Source: Gemmatimonadaceae bacterium
Lineage (GTDB): Bacteria > Gemmatimonadota > Gemmatimonadetes > Gemmatimonadales > Gemmatimonadaceae
Direction of reading: 5' to 3'
Length of the DNA: 64,000 nucleotides
NCBI GenBank assembly: GCA_045803545.1
Contig: JBJMOW010000005.1
Span: 1,248,001 to 1,312,000 of the forward strand
The notes under the pieces were generated by a model that had not been told where the DNA came from, made no database searches, and worked only from the letters and a program-made list of their open reading frames with translations. The position numbers and the translations under genes are program-made. Positions 18,836 through 28,283 of the stretch are shown piece after piece; within the stretch, counting starts at the first letter, position 1; every line of letters begins with the position of its first letter.

Positions 18836-19639
18836 ATGAGGAAGTATTACCTGCTCGTGAGCGACTTCGATCAGACTCTGAGTTTCAACGACTCGGGTCT
18901 GGTGCTGGCTGAGATGATGGGCATTCCTGATTTCCAGGAGCGAGTCGCCAACCTGTCGCGCCTCAACCTGGTGCAATCAGGCGCCGAGCTCACCTACCTA
19001 CTGCGGCACGATCCGGATTTCCGAGCGGTGCGCGAAGAGCATCTGATCGAAGTCGGGCGTCGCATTCGTCTCAAGCGCAACATCGCATTGCTCGCCGAGT
19101 TCCTGAAAGACGGCATCGACGGATTCCGTTTCGATTTCTATGTCGTGTCCGCCGCGCCATGGCTCGTCGTGAACTCGGCCTTGAACGGTATCGTGCCACC
19201 CGATCACATCATCGGTGGCCACTTTGAGTTCAGTCAACAGACTGGCGAGATCGAGAATGTCATCCAGGTACCGGCTGGGTACGGCAAAGTCGCCGCGGTC
19301 GATTCGCTGCGGTGGCGGTTGGGCGTTCCAAGCGATCGAATCGTGTACGTCGGCGACGGTAGCTCTGACATTCATGTGATGCTGCACGTCAACCGCGGCG
19401 ACGGACTCACCATCGCCGCGTCGGAAACGCGCCACATTGCTCAGATCGCCCGCCGCACGGTCATCAGTGATGACGCCCTAAGCGTATTAATTCCGGTGCT
19501 CGAGGAGATTGCTGGCTTCGATCCGACCCAGATCCGCCTGGTTTTCGAGGAACAGGGGTTGCTGATTCAGGAGTGGGACCGCGTCAGAACGGATTGGCTA
19601 ACCATTCGAGATGGCACTGCCATCGCGGGGGCAGCTTAA
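18836..19639 (+). CDS. HAD-superfamily phosphatase/phosphotransferase (SerB/ThrH/MtnX-like)
   Basis: Motif I SDFDQT, motif II VVSA, motif III GK, motif IV GDGSSD; GGAGG RBS before the ATG at 18836. Confidence 0.85.
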   Translation: MRKYYLLVSDFDQTLSFNDSGLVLAEMMGIPDFQERVANLSRLNLVQSGAELTYLLRHDPDFRAVREEHLIEVGRRIRLKRNIALLAEFLKDGIDGFRFDFYVVSAAPWLVVNSALNGIVPPDHIIGGHFEFSQQTGEIENVIQVPAGYGKVAAVDSLRWRLGVPSDRIVYVGDGSSDIHVMLHVNRGDGLTIAASETRHIAQIARRTVISDDALSVLIPVLEEIAGFDPTQIRLVFEEQGLLIQEWDRVRTDWLTIRDGTAIAGAA

Positions 19640-19887
19640 TGCTTCAGTACCTCGGCTTCATGGGTGGGTTCATCACCGTATCGGCGTTCGTGCCCCAGGT
19701 TTATCGTACCTGGCGCACTCGCCATACGCGCGATCTATCGCTCGGTATGGTCGCGCTGCTGGTAACCTCTGGAGCACTGTGGCTGGCTTACGGGATTTAT
19801 ATCCATGACTGGCCGGTGATCCTGACCAACATCGGAATGGTGGTACTCAACGGAACACTCGTGACGGCAAAGCTGCGCTACGGATGA
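19639..19887 (+). CDS. SemiSWEET / PQ-loop transporter
   Basis: FVPQV..TWRTR.TRDLS, WLAYG, PVILTN; three TM helices; TAATG coupling. Confidence 0.9.
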   Translation: MLQYLGFMGGFITVSAFVPQVYRTWRTRHTRDLSLGMVALLVTSGALWLAYGIYIHDWPVILTNIGMVVLNGTLVTAKLRYG

Positions 19888-20828
19888 CGGTAAGAGTCGT
19901 CAGTTTCCTCCCTGCCGCGACGGAGATCGCGTACGCACTGGGTGCGGGCGATTGCCTCGTCGGCCGGTCTCATGAATGCGATTACCCGCCGCAGGTGAAG
20001 GAACTGCCGGTGGTGAGTCGTCCGTCGCTGGCAATCGATCAGCTCGCACAAAGCGAGATCGATGCGGCGGTGTCGGAGAAGCTGGCGAGCGGCCAGAGTC
20101 TTTACCTCGTCGACGAGCAGCTGCTGCGAAAGCTGAGACCGGACTTCGTCTTCACCCAGGACCTTTGCCAGGTCTGCGCTCCGTCGGGCAACGAGCTGAC
20201 ACGCGCATTGGCAGAGATGTCACCTCGCCCGACGATGATCTGGCTGACACCGCGTAACCTCAGCGAGATCGAAGAGAACATCCTTTCGATCGGCGACGCA
20301 ACCGGAACCATCGAAACTGCGACCGAGCTCATCGAGCGCAATCGGCGGCGAATCGCACGCGTGGAGGATGCTGTGAGTGGCGCTCGTCCGCGTCGGGTTG
20401 TTTTTCTGGAGTGGGTCGATCCCTTCTTCTGCGCCGGTCACTGGGTGCCGGAGATGATAACGGCAGCAGGTGGCGTTGATCCGATTGGCCAAGCCGGCGG
20501 CGATTCGCACCGAATGACGTGGGACGACGTGATCGACGCCGAGCCCGAGATGATCATCGTTGCGCCATGTGGGTATGGACTCGCGGATTCGATGAAGATC
20601 GCGAGCAATCTCCGGAATCGCACATCAGCAAGCGTATACGCAGTTGACGCGAACGCCTACTTCGCTCGGCCGGGGCCACGCGTCGCGGAAGGCATCGAGC
20701 TTCTCGCGCACATTTTCCATCCGGAATTGTTTGCGTGGGCCCACTCGCATGAGCCGTGGTCACGGATGGATCGCCGTCCAGGCGCTACCTACTCGGCGTC
20801 GCACTCCGAGACTTCTGCGACGGCCTAG
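19884..20828 (+). CDS. BtuF-like cobalamin/iron-chelate binding protein without signal peptide
   Basis: RVVSFLPAATEI, GRSHECDYP, TQDLCQVCA, GHWVPEM, YFARPGPR; ATGA coupling. Confidence 0.85.
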   Translation: MTVRVVSFLPAATEIAYALGAGDCLVGRSHECDYPPQVKELPVVSRPSLAIDQLAQSEIDAAVSEKLASGQSLYLVDEQLLRKLRPDFVFTQDLCQVCAPSGNELTRALAEMSPRPTMIWLTPRNLSEIEENILSIGDATGTIETATELIERNRRRIARVEDAVSGARPRRVVFLEWVDPFFCAGHWVPEMITAAGGVDPIGQAGGDSHRMTWDDVIDAEPEMIIVAPCGYGLADSMKIASNLRNRTSASVYAVDANAYFARPGPRVAEGIELLAHIFHPELFAWAHSHEPWSRMDRRPGATYSASHSETSATA

Positions 20829-23800
20829 CCGCAGCGTTCCCGCCAACGCGAATCATCATTAGCTGATCGTTGTTGCGGGCGATCGCCACCATCGGTCCAC
20901 GGACATCGCGCACCAATTTCATGTCTCTGATCTGACCGTCGATCGAGAGTCCGCTGTGCTGCATGTCGACTGGGGTGAAGTTTCCGTCTCCTTCGCCGCG
21001 CAGCATGAGTCCGTAACTCGCGTCGTAACGTCCAAGCATCGGCGTCACGTCCCAGAGATTTCCGCCGACGACGAGATCGATCTTTCCGTCGCCGTCAAAA
21101 TCTCCGGCGACTGCGGCGTAGACTGGCGCGAGCTGTGCCTCCGCCGGCAACGGCTTTAGCGTGAATCCGCCCTTACCGTTGTTGATGGCCACTGCGCTGC
21201 TAAACGTGTAGGCTTCCCGCACCTGCGCCGTTGGGAGGTCGGAGCGTGGCAGAATGTCTTCGATCCGACTCGCGCCAAAATCCTTGTACGTCGGGTACTT
21301 GTCGCGCAGCGATGGAATCCGCGCAACCAGCTCATCACGTCCCACCAGCGGATAGCTCACGCCATTTCTGTAGAAGGTGAGAATCTGCTCGATGTTGTCG
21401 CCGCCGCTGTGCGAAAAGTCTCCCACATACAACCGGGCTGGCTCCTTAGCCGACGCCTGCATGTAGGAGTTGGTGCCGAGGTTGCCGAGCACCAGATCCG
21501 GACGCCCGTTACCACCGAGATCGACCGCGGTCACAGTATTCCACCACCCATTGGTGTTGGCAAGACCTGCTTCCTTGGTGCGGTCGACAAGCTTGCCGTT
21601 CTCGTTGTGAAACATCGTGACGGGCATCCACTGCCCGACCACGATCAGATCGATCTTTCCGTCATGATCGTAGTCGACCCACGTCGCTGACGTCACCATG
21701 CCGACGTCGGCGAGCTGCGGCGCGACTGCATCAGTAACGTCGGTGAACTGACCGCTGCCGGTGTTTTGCAACAAGTGACTGTGCGGAATTATCCCGTACC
21801 TGTGCGCGACCAACCTGCTACCAATGAAAACGTCGGGATGGCCGTCGCCGTTGAAATCGCCAACGGCGACACAAGATGCGTTCTCGAAGATGTCAGGCAG
21901 GGCAATGCGGTCACGCGTAAAGTTGCCGCGACCGTCGTTCAGATACAGTCTCGGACGCAGCGCGTCCTCCCTGCCGGAGAATTCATTGCCGCCGCTGACA
22001 ACGAGCAGATCTGCCGCGCCATCGCCGTTTGCGTCGAAGAAAACCGCGCCGACATCCTCCGCGATACTGTCCGCTGCAATCGAAGGTTGGTCGCTGGCCC
22101 GAAATGTTCCGTCGCGCTGCTGTACGAACACTTGACCGGCCTGCCACTTCGCGCCGCCGACAAAGAAGTCGTCGAGTCCGTCGCCGTTCACATCCGCAAC
22201 CGCCAGCTTTGGTCCTTCTCGCGACAGCAATTGCGGGATGAGCGACTCGCGATTGTAATCGTAGAATGTGTCGTCGTGATGGGTGAACGTGGCGCCGATC
22301 TCGTCGGTGATGTCGGAGAAAAGCGGGAGGCGGGACGCGGGAGGCGGGACGCGGGAGGCGAGAGGCGGGAGGCGCCTTTGGTAAGTCCACATTCCCCGCG
22401 CGTCAGACTGACTCACGGTGAGGAACTGGTTTGCCGGAACATCGGTCAGGACTTGATACCGCTTGTCTGGCCAGACGATGGTGAGAGAGTCGACTTTCGC
22501 CGCCTTGCCGAGTCCGAAATGCGGCCGAGGATCTACCGATGACTCGAATCCGCGAGTGGGCTGCTGCTCGAGCAACTGAGTCGTCGCACCGACCCTGGCG
22601 ATGATTTTCGCGCCGATTCCTTCCGTGTTGCCGCCGGTGCCTTTGAGAACGATGCTTAAATACGAGTTTCCATCGATAGCTCGCGCATTGTTTAGGTATA
22701 TCGACGCCGGCGCGTTGATGTTGTTCACGACGAGGTCGAGGTTGCCACTGTTTGTCAGATCCACATATGCGGCACCGTTCGAAAATCCCGGCTGCGCGAG
22801 TCCCCACGAATCGGCGACGTTCGTGAATGTCAGATTCCCGTTGTTGTGAAACGCGTAGTTGGGCAGCGCAACACTCGGCATCTTCTTCAATAGCTCGAGG
22901 TTTGCCTGAATGATGGTATCGCCAAGCGACCGCTGCACCGCTTCCTGGCCGACGTAAGTGATGTAGTCCATGTCGTTCGGCCGCCGATACACGCCGTTGG
23001 TGACGAACAGATCCTTCTCCCCGTCGTTGTCGAGATCCGCGAACAGCGCTGACCAGCTCCAGTCGCTTGCGAACATGCCGGCGTAGTAACCGATTTCGCT
23101 GAAGCGGCCGTCGCCGCGATTCAGCTGCAGCATGTTCCGCGCAAACTGCGGATGATAGCCCGCCTGCAGTCGGCGATTGTAGATGTCCCAGCCTTCCAGG
23201 GTTGCGGTTGTCTTCAGGATGTCCTCGCGCTCCGGCATCATGTCCAGCGAGACGATATCCGGCCGCCCGTCGTTGTTGAAATCAGCAGCGTCCACTCCCA
23301 TGGAAAAGCGGCTGGTGTGTTGGATGGGAGGCGGGAGGCGGGAGGCGGGAGGCGGGAAGCGGGAAGCGGGAAGCGAGAGGCGGGAGGGGGGAAGCGGGAT
23401 GGGCGAAGCGGGAGGCGCGTTCGCGATAAGCTCGCTGAACGTGCCGTTGCAGTTGTTGATGTAGACGTAGTCGTCGCCCTGGAAGTCGTTGGTGACGTAC
23501 AGATCGGGACACCCATCGCCGTTCAGATCGCTCGCCACCACACCCAAGCCGTATCCATCAACGTCGTCGTGAATCCCCGCCGCCGCAGTGACATCGACAA
23601 AATGGTTTCCGTCATTCCGAAAGAGTCGGTCGCCAATCGGCGAACGACCGCCTCCCCCTTCCCCCATCCCGCTTCCCGCTTCCCGCCTCCCGCCTCCCGC
23701 CTCCCGCACTTTATGCGTCGAATGATCAACCAGGTACATATCCAGGTCGCCGTCGCCGTCGTAGTCGAAGAACAGCGCCTGGGTCGAGAATCCCCGATGC

Positions 23801-24312
23801 TCAAGGCCGTACTCGGTGGTACGGTCAGTGAAGGTACCGTCGCCGTTATTTATGTAGAGCACGTTTCGTCCGCGCTCGCCGAGGTAATCGACACCTGAGA
23901 CGTAGATATCGACTTTTCCGTCGCCGTTGACGTCGGCCATCGTTACGCCCGTCTTCCATCCGATGGAGTCAGCGACGCCGGCTTTGTTCGTGATATCCTC
24001 GAACCGATAGTTGCCGAGGTTTCGATAGAGCTTGTTGGAGCCGAGGTTGGAGGTGAAGTAAAGGTCGGGGAGCCCATCCCCGTCGATGTCGCCGGCCGCA
24101 ACACCAGCCCCGTTGTAGTAATAGAGATAATTGAGGATGTTGAAGTCGACCTTCTCCGGCAGGTTATTGGAGAAGGTGATTCCGGTTTGCTCAGATTTGA
24201 GCAGGTCGAACAGTTTCGGTTGTTGGGACTGCGTTCCACGCTCGCAGGCGGTGGACGCCAGCAGCAGGGCGGCGAACGGCGCCCTAAACAAAAGAAAACT
24301 GTTACGGGGCAT
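20785..24312 (-). CDS. VCBS/FG-GAP repeat lipoprotein with ASPIC/UnbV domain, carrying three heptamer-repeat segments
   Basis: Lipobox STAC; many DxDxDGxxDL repeats; TRGFESSVDPRPHFGLG; low-complexity PPASRLP / REAGGG segments. Confidence 0.9.
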   Translation of the reverse strand: MPRNSFLLFRAPFAALLLASTACERGTQSQQPKLFDLLKSEQTGITFSNNLPEKVDFNILNYLYYYNGAGVAAGDIDGDGLPDLYFTSNLGSNKLYRNLGNYRFEDITNKAGVADSIGWKTGVTMADVNGDGKVDIYVSGVDYLGERGRNVLYINNGDGTFTDRTTEYGLEHRGFSTQALFFDYDGDGDLDMYLVDHSTHKVREAGGGRREAGSGMGEGGGGRSPIGDRLFRNDGNHFVDVTAAAGIHDDVDGYGLGVVASDLNGDGCPDLYVTNDFQGDDYVYINNCNGTFSELIANAPPASPIPLPPSRLSLPASRFPPPASRLPPPIQHTSRFSMGVDAADFNNDGRPDIVSLDMMPEREDILKTTATLEGWDIYNRRLQAGYHPQFARNMLQLNRGDGRFSEIGYYAGMFASDWSWSALFADLDNDGEKDLFVTNGVYRRPNDMDYITYVGQEAVQRSLGDTIIQANLELLKKMPSVALPNYAFHNNGNLTFTNVADSWGLAQPGFSNGAAYVDLTNSGNLDLVVNNINAPASIYLNNARAIDGNSYLSIVLKGTGGNTEGIGAKIIARVGATTQLLEQQPTRGFESSVDPRPHFGLGKAAKVDSLTIVWPDKRYQVLTDVPANQFLTVSQSDARGMWTYQRRLPPLASRVPPPASRLPLFSDITDEIGATFTHHDDTFYDYNRESLIPQLLSREGPKLAVADVNGDGLDDFFVGGAKWQAGQVFVQQRDGTFRASDQPSIAADSIAEDVGAVFFDANGDGAADLLVVSGGNEFSGREDALRPRLYLNDGRGNFTRDRIALPDIFENASCVAVGDFNGDGHPDVFIGSRLVAHRYGIIPHSHLLQNTGSGQFTDVTDAVAPQLADVGMVTSATWVDYDHDGKIDLIVVGQWMPVTMFHNENGKLVDRTKEAGLANTNGWWNTVTAVDLGGNGRPDLVLGNLGTNSYMQASAKEPARLYVGDFSHSGGDNIEQILTFYRNGVSYPLVGRDELVARIPSLRDKYPTYKDFGASRIEDILPRSDLPTAQVREAYTFSSAVAINNGKGGFTLKPLPAEAQLAPVYAAVAGDFDGDGKIDLVVGGNLWDVTPMLGRYDASYGLMLRGEGDGNFTPVDMQHSGLSIDGQIRDMKLVRDVRGPMVAIARNNDQLMMIRVGGNAAARPSQKSRSATPSR
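22325..22373 (+). repeat. Intragenic heptamer array, 7 x GGGAGGC-like
   Basis: GGGAGGC GGGACGC GGGAGGC GGGACGC GGGAGGC GAGAGGC GGGAGGC. Confidence 0.95.
23326..23416 (+). repeat. Intragenic heptamer array, 13 units
   Basis: 4x GGGAGGC, 3x GGGAAGC, then GAGAGGC GGGAGGG GGGAAGC GGGATGG GCGAAGC GGGAGGC, all in 7-nt phase. Confidence 0.95.
23650..23705 (-). repeat. Intragenic heptamer array, 8 units, inverted relative to 23326-23416
   Basis: GCCTCCC CCTTCCC CCATCCC GCTTCCC GCTTCCC GCCTCCC GCCTCCC GCCTCCC. Confidence 0.95.
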
Positions 24313-24364
24313 GCCTAATGCACGTATGTTAATTGGAGCATTCCTGGCCTTGTGCCACCGTCAT

Positions 24365-24832
24365 ATGGTGTCAATCAATACTCGCGTCGCTACGTTCTGC
24401 GCGATCTCCTGGCTCACCACCGCGTGCGTCTCCAGCGGTGCCGTTCATCCTAAAGAGCTCACTGATGACGGCAAGACGATCGCGCCTCATTCGCCCAATA
24501 CTGTAACGAGCGACGAGCTCGATCGCGCAGGCGATGACGCGATCGTGAAAACACTCTCCGCCAAGGTGCCCGGCGTTTGGGTAAGCATGACCGCCAGTGG
24601 CAGTCTCGCGATTCGCGTCCGCAGTTCCAGCTCGATCAACGGCAACACCGAGCCATTGTACATCATCGACGGCACCGAGGTTCAGGCCGGACCAAACGGC
24701 GCGCTCAACGGAATCAATCCGCACGATATCGCGTCGATCGAAGTGCTCAAGGACGCCGCGAGTCTGTCGTATTACGGCGTTCGCGCGGCGAACGGCGTAA
24801 TCGTCATCAAGACCAAGCAAGCGTCGAACTAG
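24365..24832 (+). CDS. Stand-alone TonB-dependent receptor plug-domain lipoprotein
   Basis: Lipobox LTTAC; EPLYIIDG, INPHDIASIEVLKDAAS..YG.RAANGVIVIKTK; ends with no barrel. Confidence 0.85.
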   Translation: MVSINTRVATFCAISWLTTACVSSGAVHPKELTDDGKTIAPHSPNTVTSDELDRAGDDAIVKTLSAKVPGVWVSMTASGSLAIRVRSSSSINGNTEPLYIIDGTEVQAGPNGALNGINPHDIASIEVLKDAASLSYYGVRAANGVIVIKTKQASN

Positions 24833-27800
24833 CGCGCGCCGCTCGCCTGAAACACGAGCGGTTTGTCGTTGTCCCGCACGACGATGTAAAGCACGCCGCT
24901 TCGTGTGCGCACGCGTTGAATATCGCGCGCCTGCCCGGGAACCTCGAATCCGCTTTGCTGCTCGCGAAGAGGCGTAAAGTGTCCCTTGCCTTCGTTACGT
25001 AGATAAGTGCCAAAGCCCGCAGTCATCGTCCCGATTTCCGGGTTTACGCCGTCGAAGTTGCCCGCCAACAAAAGATCAGTCTTGCCAGTGCCGGCAAAGT
25101 CGCCGGCCAGTAAACCATAGACCGGAGCAACCTGCGCCTCGGCCGCGAGCGGCGTCACGCTGAACGATCCGTCGCCGTTATTGCGTATGAACGAGGTCGC
25201 GAAGGTATAGGCATTCTTCACGAGCGCCCCTTCCAGCTCCTTCGCGGGAAATACATCGGCGACTGTCTGATTTGCAAATGATTTGTAGGTCGGGTAGCGA
25301 TCTCGAAGCGGTGCAATCGACTGCAGTAGCTCGTCGCGCAACGGCAACGGATACTGCTTCCCGTTGTTGTAATAGGCCAGGATCTGCTGCGGAAATCCGT
25401 TATTCGCAAAATCCTTGACGTACATCGTGACCGGCGCGTTGGGGCTTGCCTGGAGGCGCGTGTTCAGCCCGAGATTCCCAACTATGAAATCGACCTTCCC
25501 GTCGCCGTCGAAATCCCCGGCGACGATTCTGTTCCACCAGCCGTTGGTTTTCTCGAGGCCGCGCGCCTCCATCTTTTGTAGCCGTCCGCTGCCCGAGTTA
25601 TGGAAGACCGTGACCGGCATCCAATCACCCACAACGATGAGATCGAGTCGGCCATCGCCATCCACGTCCTTCCAGATCGCGTCGGTCACCATCCCAATGT
25701 GTGACAGCCCCGGTGCCATTCGATCCGTAACATCGGTGAAGTGTCCCCTGCCGTCATTCTTTAGAAGCAAGCTCTGCGGGTCGGCCCCGTAGCGGCCGGG
25801 TACGCTGCGCCCGCCGACGAACAAATCAACCGCGCCATCGCCCTCGTAGTCCGCCGCAGCGACCCGCGACCCGCTCTGTGCGATTGCCGGTATCGCATTG
25901 ACCGGTTTCCGAAGATTGCCTTTGCCGTCGTTGAGATAGAGCCGATCCAGCAAAGCGGGGGCGCCTTCAGAGAACTCGTTCCCGCCCGTGACGACGTACA
26001 AATCGGGATTGCCATCCCCGTTTGCGTCGAAAAACGCCGCGCCCACATCCTCCGAAGTACTGTCCTCGGCGAGGAGCTTCTCGTTGCTCCGCACGAAGCT
26101 GCCATCCTGCCGCTGGATCAACAGAGCGCTTGGCTGGCCCTTGGCGCCGCCGATGAAGATGTCGTCGAGCCCATCGTGATTGACATCCCCCACCGCCAGC
26201 GCGGGTCCTTCGATCGAGAGCTTCTTTGGCATCAACGGCTCGCGATTGAAGTCGACATAATCATTCTCCTGATGCAGGAACGGCAAGCGCACTCGTTCGG
26301 TCACATCGGTGAAAATCTGTCGAGCAGTTTGTACGGCTTCGGCGCCGGTGACTGCTTTTGCCGACTCGCTCTGCTTGATCGCCAGACGCTGATTCGCCCG
26401 CACCTTTGCGAGCCTGCTGACGCGGCCGTCCGGCCAGTTCACCACCACGGATTGCACGGTGTCCACTTTGCCGATTCCGAAGGTCAGGACGTAGTCAACG
26501 CTCGACTGGAATCCTCGCGTCGGTGATTCTTCCTGATACAGGGTCTGCGTCCCGGCCTGCACCGTAACCGTGGCTCCGATGGCGAAGGGGTTCTGACCGT
26601 CCCCCTCCAGCTTCACCTGCAGGTAGTGATTATCCGGCAGAATCTTGCGCGCGTTGTTGCGGTAGACAAACGCCTCGTCGTTGACGTTGTTGACGACGAG
26701 ATCGAGCGCGCCATCACCATCGAGGTCTGCGTACACTGCGCCGCTGCCGAAACTCGGCGTGGACAATCCCCACGACTTTGCTTCATTCGTGAAAGTGAGA
26801 TTGCCGTTGTTGTGAAACGCGTAGTGCGACAGCTTGGTCGATGTCATCGCATCGATCAGCTGCTTGAAGTCGACTTTCTTTCCTCTGTTGGCGGTTGCCG
26901 CCGCCATGGTGCGCGGATCGGCGAGATAGCGCACGTAATCCTGCGATGTGACGTCCTTGGCGATGCCGTTCGTGACGTAGATGTCCTTGTAGCCATCGAG
27001 ATCCAGGTCCGCGGCCAACGCACTCCAGCTCCAGTCGGTGCGAGCGACGCCGGCCATCTGGCCAACGTCGCTGAATGTGCCGTCGCCGTTATTCAGCTGC
27101 AGCATGTTGCGCATCACCTGGTGATGAAACCCGTTCTGCACCATCAGCTGACTGGCTTGCCAGTCACCGAAGCTCGAGGTCGTACGCAAGCGGTACTCGT
27201 CTTCTGGCAGCATGTCGGTCGTATAGACGTCAGGCCAGCCATCGTTGTTGATGTCGGCAATGTCGAGACCCATCGAGAAGTACGAGAGATACGGCATCTC
27301 CCTGTCGAGCCGCTCGTCGAATGTGCCGTCGTGATTGTTGATGTAGAGGTAATCGCGCTCGAAGAAGTCGTTTGAGGCGTAGATGTCCGGCCAGCCGTCG
27401 CGGTTTACGTCGGCGACGACGACGCCGAGTCCGAATGCGATCTCCGGCCCGTAGATACCTGCTTTGACGCTGACGTCGGTGAAGTGGCCGTTCCCGTCGT
27501 TGTGAAAGAGCTTCTCGCCGCCGAGTGGATCACGGGTGTTGCGAGTGTTACGCATGCCGAAGCTATTGGCCGGCCGGTACGAGTTATTGACGAGAAACAG
27601 ATCGAGCTTGCCGTCGCGATCGTAGTCGAGAAATGCGGCCTGGGTGGAATAACCTTCGTCGGCGAGGCCGTACTGCTTCGCCATCTCCCTGAAGGTGGGC
27701 ACGCCGTTCCGGTCGTTGCCCTGATTGACGTAGAGCTCGTTGGCGCGCGCCGATCCTGCGGTCGGCCCCGCGTAGCAGACATAGATGTCCAGCTTGCCGT

Positions 27801-28203
27801 CGCCGTCGACGTCGGCGAAGGTCACGCCGGTCAGCCACGATTGGCGGCCGGTGACACCTGCTTCCTTGGTGATTTCCTGAAAGCGGAAATTGCCTTTGTT
27901 CAGATAGAGATGGCCGCCGTGCTGATTGGAGGTCAGCATGACTTCCGGCAACCCGTCGCCGTTGAGATCGCCGACTGCTACCCCACCGCCATTATAGAAA
28001 TTGCGGTAGGTGAAGACGTTGAACTCCGGCGAATCCTGCAGCCGGTTCTCGAAATTGACGCCAGTGTAGCTCGAAGGAAGCAAGGTGAAGAGAGTGCCGT
28101 CGACGGCTGGCGCCTTCGCGTCGCTGATGGTTCCCTGTTTTTTATCGGAGCCGCTGCAGGCGGCGAGCACACAGAGGGCGGGAAGAGCAAACCGGAACTT
28201 CAA
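24829..28203 (-). CDS. VCBS/FG-GAP repeat lipoprotein with ASPIC/UnbV domain
   Basis: Lipobox LAAC; FYNGGGVAVGDLNGDG, TRGFQSSV; full-length paralogue of 20785-24312; TTG start. Confidence 0.9.
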   Translation of the reverse strand: MKFRFALPALCVLAACSGSDKKQGTISDAKAPAVDGTLFTLLPSSYTGVNFENRLQDSPEFNVFTYRNFYNGGGVAVGDLNGDGLPEVMLTSNQHGGHLYLNKGNFRFQEITKEAGVTGRQSWLTGVTFADVDGDGKLDIYVCYAGPTAGSARANELYVNQGNDRNGVPTFREMAKQYGLADEGYSTQAAFLDYDRDGKLDLFLVNNSYRPANSFGMRNTRNTRDPLGGEKLFHNDGNGHFTDVSVKAGIYGPEIAFGLGVVVADVNRDGWPDIYASNDFFERDYLYINNHDGTFDERLDREMPYLSYFSMGLDIADINNDGWPDVYTTDMLPEDEYRLRTTSSFGDWQASQLMVQNGFHHQVMRNMLQLNNGDGTFSDVGQMAGVARTDWSWSALAADLDLDGYKDIYVTNGIAKDVTSQDYVRYLADPRTMAAATANRGKKVDFKQLIDAMTSTKLSHYAFHNNGNLTFTNEAKSWGLSTPSFGSGAVYADLDGDGALDLVVNNVNDEAFVYRNNARKILPDNHYLQVKLEGDGQNPFAIGATVTVQAGTQTLYQEESPTRGFQSSVDYVLTFGIGKVDTVQSVVVNWPDGRVSRLAKVRANQRLAIKQSESAKAVTGAEAVQTARQIFTDVTERVRLPFLHQENDYVDFNREPLMPKKLSIEGPALAVGDVNHDGLDDIFIGGAKGQPSALLIQRQDGSFVRSNEKLLAEDSTSEDVGAAFFDANGDGNPDLYVVTGGNEFSEGAPALLDRLYLNDGKGNLRKPVNAIPAIAQSGSRVAAADYEGDGAVDLFVGGRSVPGRYGADPQSLLLKNDGRGHFTDVTDRMAPGLSHIGMVTDAIWKDVDGDGRLDLIVVGDWMPVTVFHNSGSGRLQKMEARGLEKTNGWWNRIVAGDFDGDGKVDFIVGNLGLNTRLQASPNAPVTMYVKDFANNGFPQQILAYYNNGKQYPLPLRDELLQSIAPLRDRYPTYKSFANQTVADVFPAKELEGALVKNAYTFATSFIRNNGDGSFSVTPLAAEAQVAPVYGLLAGDFAGTGKTDLLLAGNFDGVNPEIGTMTAGFGTYLRNEGKGHFTPLREQQSGFEVPGQARDIQRVRTRSGVLYIVVRDNDKPLVFQASGAR

Positions 28204-28221
28204 ATATTTGGCACCTTAGCA

Positions 28222-28259
28222 CATCATGGCCTGCCCTCCGAAGAGAGCAGGCCATGATG
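28222..28259 (-). promoter_or_regulatory. Intra-operon stem-loop after susD
   Basis: CATCATGGCCTGC/GCAGGCCATGATG 13-bp IR with no U-tract; possible mRNA stabiliser or weak terminator. Confidence 0.55.
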
Positions 28260-28283
28260 GGAAGTAAGTGTTACTGCGCGAGA

